A DNA stretch of 64,000 bases from the IMG/VR virus record IMGVR_UViG_3300042197_003184, positions 64,001-128,000 of that record, one strand, 5' to 3'. The notes under the pieces are model-generated. The model was not told where the DNA came from. It searched no databases and worked only from the letters and a program-made list of their open reading frames with translations. A program made the position numbers and the translations under genes. This document shows positions 60,767 to 64,000 of this stretch, piece by piece; within the stretch, counting starts at the first letter, position 1; every line of letters starts with the position of its first letter. The DNA is from a virus.

Positions 60767-61777
60767 CTAGGCGCCAGGGAACGCTTCCGTGGGCGGCGTG
60801 AACGTCGTGCCGTTGGGATAGCGACACGCGGCAGTGAGTCGCACATCGTCAAAGCTATGGGTCTGCCACAGAACCAGATTGGACATCGCAATATTTGTGA
60901 ACTCACCAGAGTGTATCTGCTGACCGTTGTAATACCACCTGCCGGTGCTGCCCTGTCGCACGAACGCAAAGTGATACCACTGTCCGTTCGTTGCGGCGGA
61001 GGTGGACACGTATCCGCCATCAAAGTTTTCCACTTGGAAACCACTGGTCGTTACTTGTAACTCAAGAAACAGCCCGGAGCCTATATTGCCCAGCAAAACC
61101 GCCCTGTTGCCGACGCCGCCGTTGAATTTTTTGACCCAGAACTCCAACGTGAAATCTGTGGACGCCGGAGCCGTGACTCCGTAGGTAAGTTGAGTGTTTG
61201 AAGAGAGAGTTGCCGCATTTCCAAATTTACCTGCGGCATACGAGATATTGCTGTAACCCAGATTGGTATATGACGGCAGGCGACTGTCTGGCCCAATGTC
61301 GTTCGGAGTATTGTCAAATGGAACGAGCAGCAGAACGTCTCCCCACAGAGGGTCGCCGGGCGAAACGGTCAGCGTGGCGCTGCTGCTCGTCACGCTCTCG
61401 GCACCACCCGTTGCGCTGACCACCACTCGGTACACATCGCCGTCGTCATCGGCGTGCGTCAGGCCGGACAGCGCGAGAGTGCTACTTGTCGCGCCGCCCA
61501 CGTTAGTGAACGAACCAGAACCGCTTTCTTGCTTCTGCCACTGGTAAGACAGGGTGGCATTTTGCGTGACCGTCGCCGAAACGCTAAACGCGGCACTGCC
61601 GCTAGAGGCTGTTTGATTGCCGGGCTGGCTGGTGATGGTGATAGCCGGTGCCACTGGCCACGCTGCCGCCCGTTTCTGCCGCTCGGCCGTCCGCAAGTCC
61701 CAGATGCCGCTGGCGACACTCGTCGTCGGCCCATCCGGTCGCGGCCCGATGTACGAACCGTTCGCTCGCAGACTCAT
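60767..61777 (-). CDS. High-GC fibre-type protein with Ig-like and LamG domains
   Basis: SGIWDL N-terminus, LSYQWQK Ig, DFTLEFW..WYHFAFVR..DDVRLT..RYPNGTTFTPP. Confidence 0.8.
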   Translation of the reverse strand: MSLRANGSYIGPRPDGPTTSVASGIWDLRTAERQKRAAAWPVAPAITITSQPGNQTASSGSAAFSVSATVTQNATLSYQWQKQESGSGSFTNVGGATSSTLALSGLTHADDDGDVYRVVVSATGGAESVTSSSATLTVSPGDPLWGDVLLLVPFDNTPNDIGPDSRLPSYTNLGYSNISYAAGKFGNAATLSSNTQLTYGVTAPASTDFTLEFWVKKFNGGVGNRAVLLGNIGSGLFLELQVTTSGFQVENFDGGYVSTSAATNGQWYHFAFVRQGSTGRWYYNGQQIHSGEFTNIAMSNLVLWQTHSFDDVRLTAACRYPNGTTFTPPTEAFPGA

Positions 61778-62235
61778 TCCGCACCTCCCGCGCTCAACGC
61801 CGCCCGAGCCGCACCATACGCGAGCATCAGCGGCTCAAACTCCGCGAACGTCATGGTGTGCCGCTCGCCCGCCATGTCGGTGACGATGACCGGCTGCGAC
61901 ACGCCCAACTCGGCCGCCCGAGCCGCCAGCACATAGAGGCCGGTGAGCAACGCCACGTCGTCAGGCTGCCACGCGAGCCGCCAGCCGCCTGGCGTCTCCC
62001 AGCCTGCCTCAAACGGCGACGGCTCCGGTGGTGGAGGCGGTGGGGGAAACAGGGCGTCTAGGTCGTCCTGCGTCAGCGTGGACGCGGCCCAGCCGGTCGC
62101 CTCCAGCACTGCGGCATCCAGCGACCACTGCGCCGGGTCGGTGCGGGTGCTGCCATCAGGCATCCGCACCCGGAAGGGCAAGGCCAGGGCGGCTACGCCG
62201 TTACGTCGCCAGCAGGGATCGCCGAGAGCAGGCAT
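61774..62235 (-). CDS. High-GC small fibre-associated protein (DUF4376-like C-terminus)
   Basis: 153-aa ORF with ATGA overlap to the next gene; LMLAYGAAR end. Confidence 0.6.
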   Translation of the reverse strand: MPALGDPCWRRNGVAALALPFRVRMPDGSTRTDPAQWSLDAAVLEATGWAASTLTQDDLDALFPPPPPPPEPSPFEAGWETPGGWRLAWQPDDVALLTGLYVLAARAAELGVSQPVIVTDMAGERHTMTFAEFEPLMLAYGAARAALSAGGAE

Positions 62236-62302
62236 GGAAGTTCTCTATTGTTGTGAGGTAATGTACTATCAAACTTATACGGTGATAGTGTCCGTTAATT
62301 TT

Positions 62303-62310
62303 TATACACC
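62303..62310 (-). promoter_or_regulatory. GGTGTATA intergenic motif
   Basis: 4 nt after the 62315 stop, upstream of 62235. Confidence 0.5.
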
Positions 62311-62314
62311 AGAA

Positions 62315-62680
62315 TCAAGAGATCTCTTCATACACTATTATAGCGCTAACATCTCCACTAGCGCTGCATTGTAGATACAACGAATCTCCTTCCATCATGT
62401 ATATGTTGCTATCTTTAGTTAGAGGTAGTAAACTAGCGTCTGCTGGAACACTAACGGTTTTAGCTAAATAGCCCGTATTATTTTGAGCATTTGTCATATA
62501 GACACTTATATCAGCAGCATTAGCTCCATCAATATTTGAACAATAAATACTACTAAGTCTTAGTGTTTTGCCACTATCTGCCGAATTGGTAAGGTATGAT
62601 GTTGCTGATGCGGGAACATCTGAAACCAAAACATTTTTTCCTTCTACTTTAATTGGATTATTTAAATTTGGTATGGCCAT
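62315..62680 (-). CDS. Small putative virion structural protein
   Basis: SGK..LSSIYCSNIDG..A.IS..LAKTVSVPADASL..IY..EGDSL..YEEIS pattern typical of small proteins in phage fibre modules. Confidence 0.65.
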   Translation of the reverse strand: MAIPNLNNPIKVEGKNVLVSDVPASATSYLTNSADSGKTLRLSSIYCSNIDGANAADISVYMTNAQNNTGYLAKTVSVPADASLLPLTKDSNIYMMEGDSLYLQCSASGDVSAIIVYEEIS

Positions 62681-62719
62681 GATTTTCTCCAGACTTTAGA
62701 TATAAGATTGATAACTATA

Positions 62720-62727
62720 TATACACA
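62720..62727 (-). promoter_or_regulatory. TGTGTATA variant of the intergenic motif
   Basis: About 40 nt upstream of the 62680 ATG. Confidence 0.4.
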
Positions 62728-62733
62728 TTTTAT

Positions 62734-63639
62734 TTAATGCCAGCTATATATTTTGTTTTTATCATATAGTACAGATTGAACCACTACAAATGACCCGGAA
62801 CTTGGGGTTACCGAAGGTGTTACGGTATTTGTTGGGGTAACTGTTGGTGTGGGGGTGTTTGTAGGGGTTTGTGTTGGGGTTGGTGTGGGGGTAGGCGTTG
62901 GCGTAGCACTAGGATTCATCTCATAATCAACAACATAATCAATAATATCTAAACGACCATTACTAGCTGGAGAATTCCAAGATAATAGTATTTCTTGATT
63001 ACCTCCATAGGCCGATAGATTTTGTGGTGCGCTTGGCGCCCCGTATCTTGTAGAGGACGGAGTAACAGTTTGTGTGGGTGTTTTTGTTGGTGTTGGTGAA
63101 CGAGTTGGAGTAACTGTTGGAGTGGGAGATCGAGTCGGGGTAACTGTTGGTGTTGCGGTAGGTGTTGGGGTAGCAGTTGGAGTGCCTGTGGGCGTTGGAG
63201 TAGCACTTAAAGCAAGGTCTCCGCTAACAATCCAGGTGTTATTGCTAATCTTTGACAATACGGCCTTACTATATACTGCTCGTAAAGTCCACCCAGAAGC
63301 AGAATTAATAACTATACCTTCTGCTCCAGTCACATTAACAATACCCTGACCTAATCTAACCAATTCTACAGTTGTGCCTACTGGTAGAGACTGATTAGTA
63401 TCGTTCGGAATAGTAACCAATACCGGTTCCGTATTGGTAAATGTTACTATGGATTTAGCATCAGTTTGAACCAGATTATAATCGGTAGTTGTGGTGTTTT
63501 TAACGCTCTTTAAACTAATCCAATCTGATAATTGTTCTAAACTAATTTTATAGGTAGAATTAATGCTACTAATAGGAAATATGTAACTTCCTGATACTAC
63601 CGGGGCTGGTTGTAGTTCACTAATTCTAATATTGGCCAT
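62734..63639 (-). CDS. Fibre anchor-like protein with Thr-Pro linkers and an orphan FN3 N-half
   Basis: [10 protein letters not shown]-terminus paralogous to 42944-44074; [28 protein letters not shown] followed directly by TP repeats. Confidence 0.75.
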   Translation of the reverse strand: MANIRISELQPAPVVSGSYIFPISSINSTYKISLEQLSDWISLKSVKNTTTTDYNLVQTDAKSIVTFTNTEPVLVTIPNDTNQSLPVGTTVELVRLGQGIVNVTGAEGIVINSASGWTLRAVYSKAVLSKISNNTWIVSGDLALSATPTPTGTPTATPTPTATPTVTPTRSPTPTVTPTRSPTPTKTPTQTVTPSSTRYGAPSAPQNLSAYGGNQEILLSWNSPASNGRLDIIDYVVDYEMNPSATPTPTPTPTPTQTPTNTPTPTVTPTNTVTPSVTPSSGSFVVVQSVLYDKNKIYSWH

Positions 63640-63669
63640 AATGTTTTTCCGTTAATATAATATTTAGTT

Positions 63670-63677
63670 TATACACC
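63670..63677 (-). promoter_or_regulatory. GGTGTATA intergenic motif
   Basis: About 31 nt upstream of the 63639 ATG. Confidence 0.5.
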
Positions 63678-63688
63678 TTAATAATAGA

Positions 63689-64000
63689 TTACCAAGTGGT
63701 ACAGATGAACCCTTTCGAAACCAGGCTTTCGGCTTTTCCCGTTGCTGCTCCGCAGTCTGGAAAAAACTCGTTTGGATTGTTCTTCATGAATTCTAGATTA
63801 GTAGCATTGTAGCTAGTAATTTTATCTATAGTTGCGATTTTAATAGGGGTAGCATCTGGGCTGTTGGGATTGTTACATTGTTTAGGAATACTATGGGCAC
63901 CGCAACTGATAGGACCAGAATCGCAAGCATAAGAAGATCCACCAACAGACACAGAATACCATACTTTGCACATATCACACTCGTCACCAATTTTTTCATA
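63689..64000 (-). CDS. 3' end of a Cys-containing hypothetical protein that starts outside the window
   Basis: Frame stays open to the window edge. Confidence 0.55.
   Translation of the reverse strand, partial: YEKIGDECDMCKVWYSVSVGGSSYACDSGPISCGAHSIPKQCNNPNSPDATPIKIATIDKITSYNATNLEFMKNNPNEFFPDCGAATGKAESLVSKGFICTTW

Larger units (their letters stand above)
60762..62237. other. High-GC island of two genes next to the tyrosine recombinase
   Basis: Abrupt shift to roughly 60-70% GC (estimated by eye) against about 33% in the flanks. Confidence 0.8.

Noticed and set aside
60750-62300. att-like direct repeats flanking the high-GC island
   Set aside because: Only a 6-bp gaggta match was seen, which is too short to be meaningful
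45262-62374. Many overlapping short ORFs in Gly-rich and high-GC stretches
   Set aside because: Expected where stop codons are depleted; the main minus-strand frames carry the recognisable domains
44359-63639. Stop-codon reassignment as the cause of split fibre genes
   Set aside because: TAA, TAG and TGA all terminate conserved genes normally; several junctions are out of frame or separated by whole genes
42944-63639. Classical shufflon or diversity-generating retroelement
   Set aside because: No inverted silent cassettes, no reverse transcriptase, and the paralogous repeats differ at many non-adenine, mostly synonymous positions

Overview
Segment of a large AT-rich tailed-phage genome (about 35% GC by eye, standard genetic code, no RNA genes or CRISPR seen). 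1-15.4 kb (+): very large putative virion proteins and a LamG/Thr-Pro mucin-like protein. 15.4-42.9 kb (-): a recombination gene, a cluster of glycosyltransferase-like genes (mostly degenerate-looking), and a bacterial-type replisome and nucleotide-metabolism block (SSB, DnaE split into two genes around a DnaQ-like exonuclease, primase, DnaB, RecA, PhoH, dUTPase, class II RNR, dCMP deaminase). 42.9-64 kb (-): an array of fibre/adhesin genes built from LamG, FN3, Ig, Gly-rich and fibrinogen-like domains, with a tyrosine recombinase and several high-GC imported modules. The most striking signal is in this array. Domains are inserted inside other domains in a nested, bracket-like order, and six FN3 or LamG domains are split between separate genes so that an orphan N-half in one protein is matched by an orphan C-half in a downstream protein. 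This suggests a multi-gene, branched fibre assembled by split-domain complementation, which is inference until modelled or tested. A recurrent intergenic GGTGTATA motif is a candidate phage-specific promoter. All family calls come from motif recognition by eye; no searches were run.
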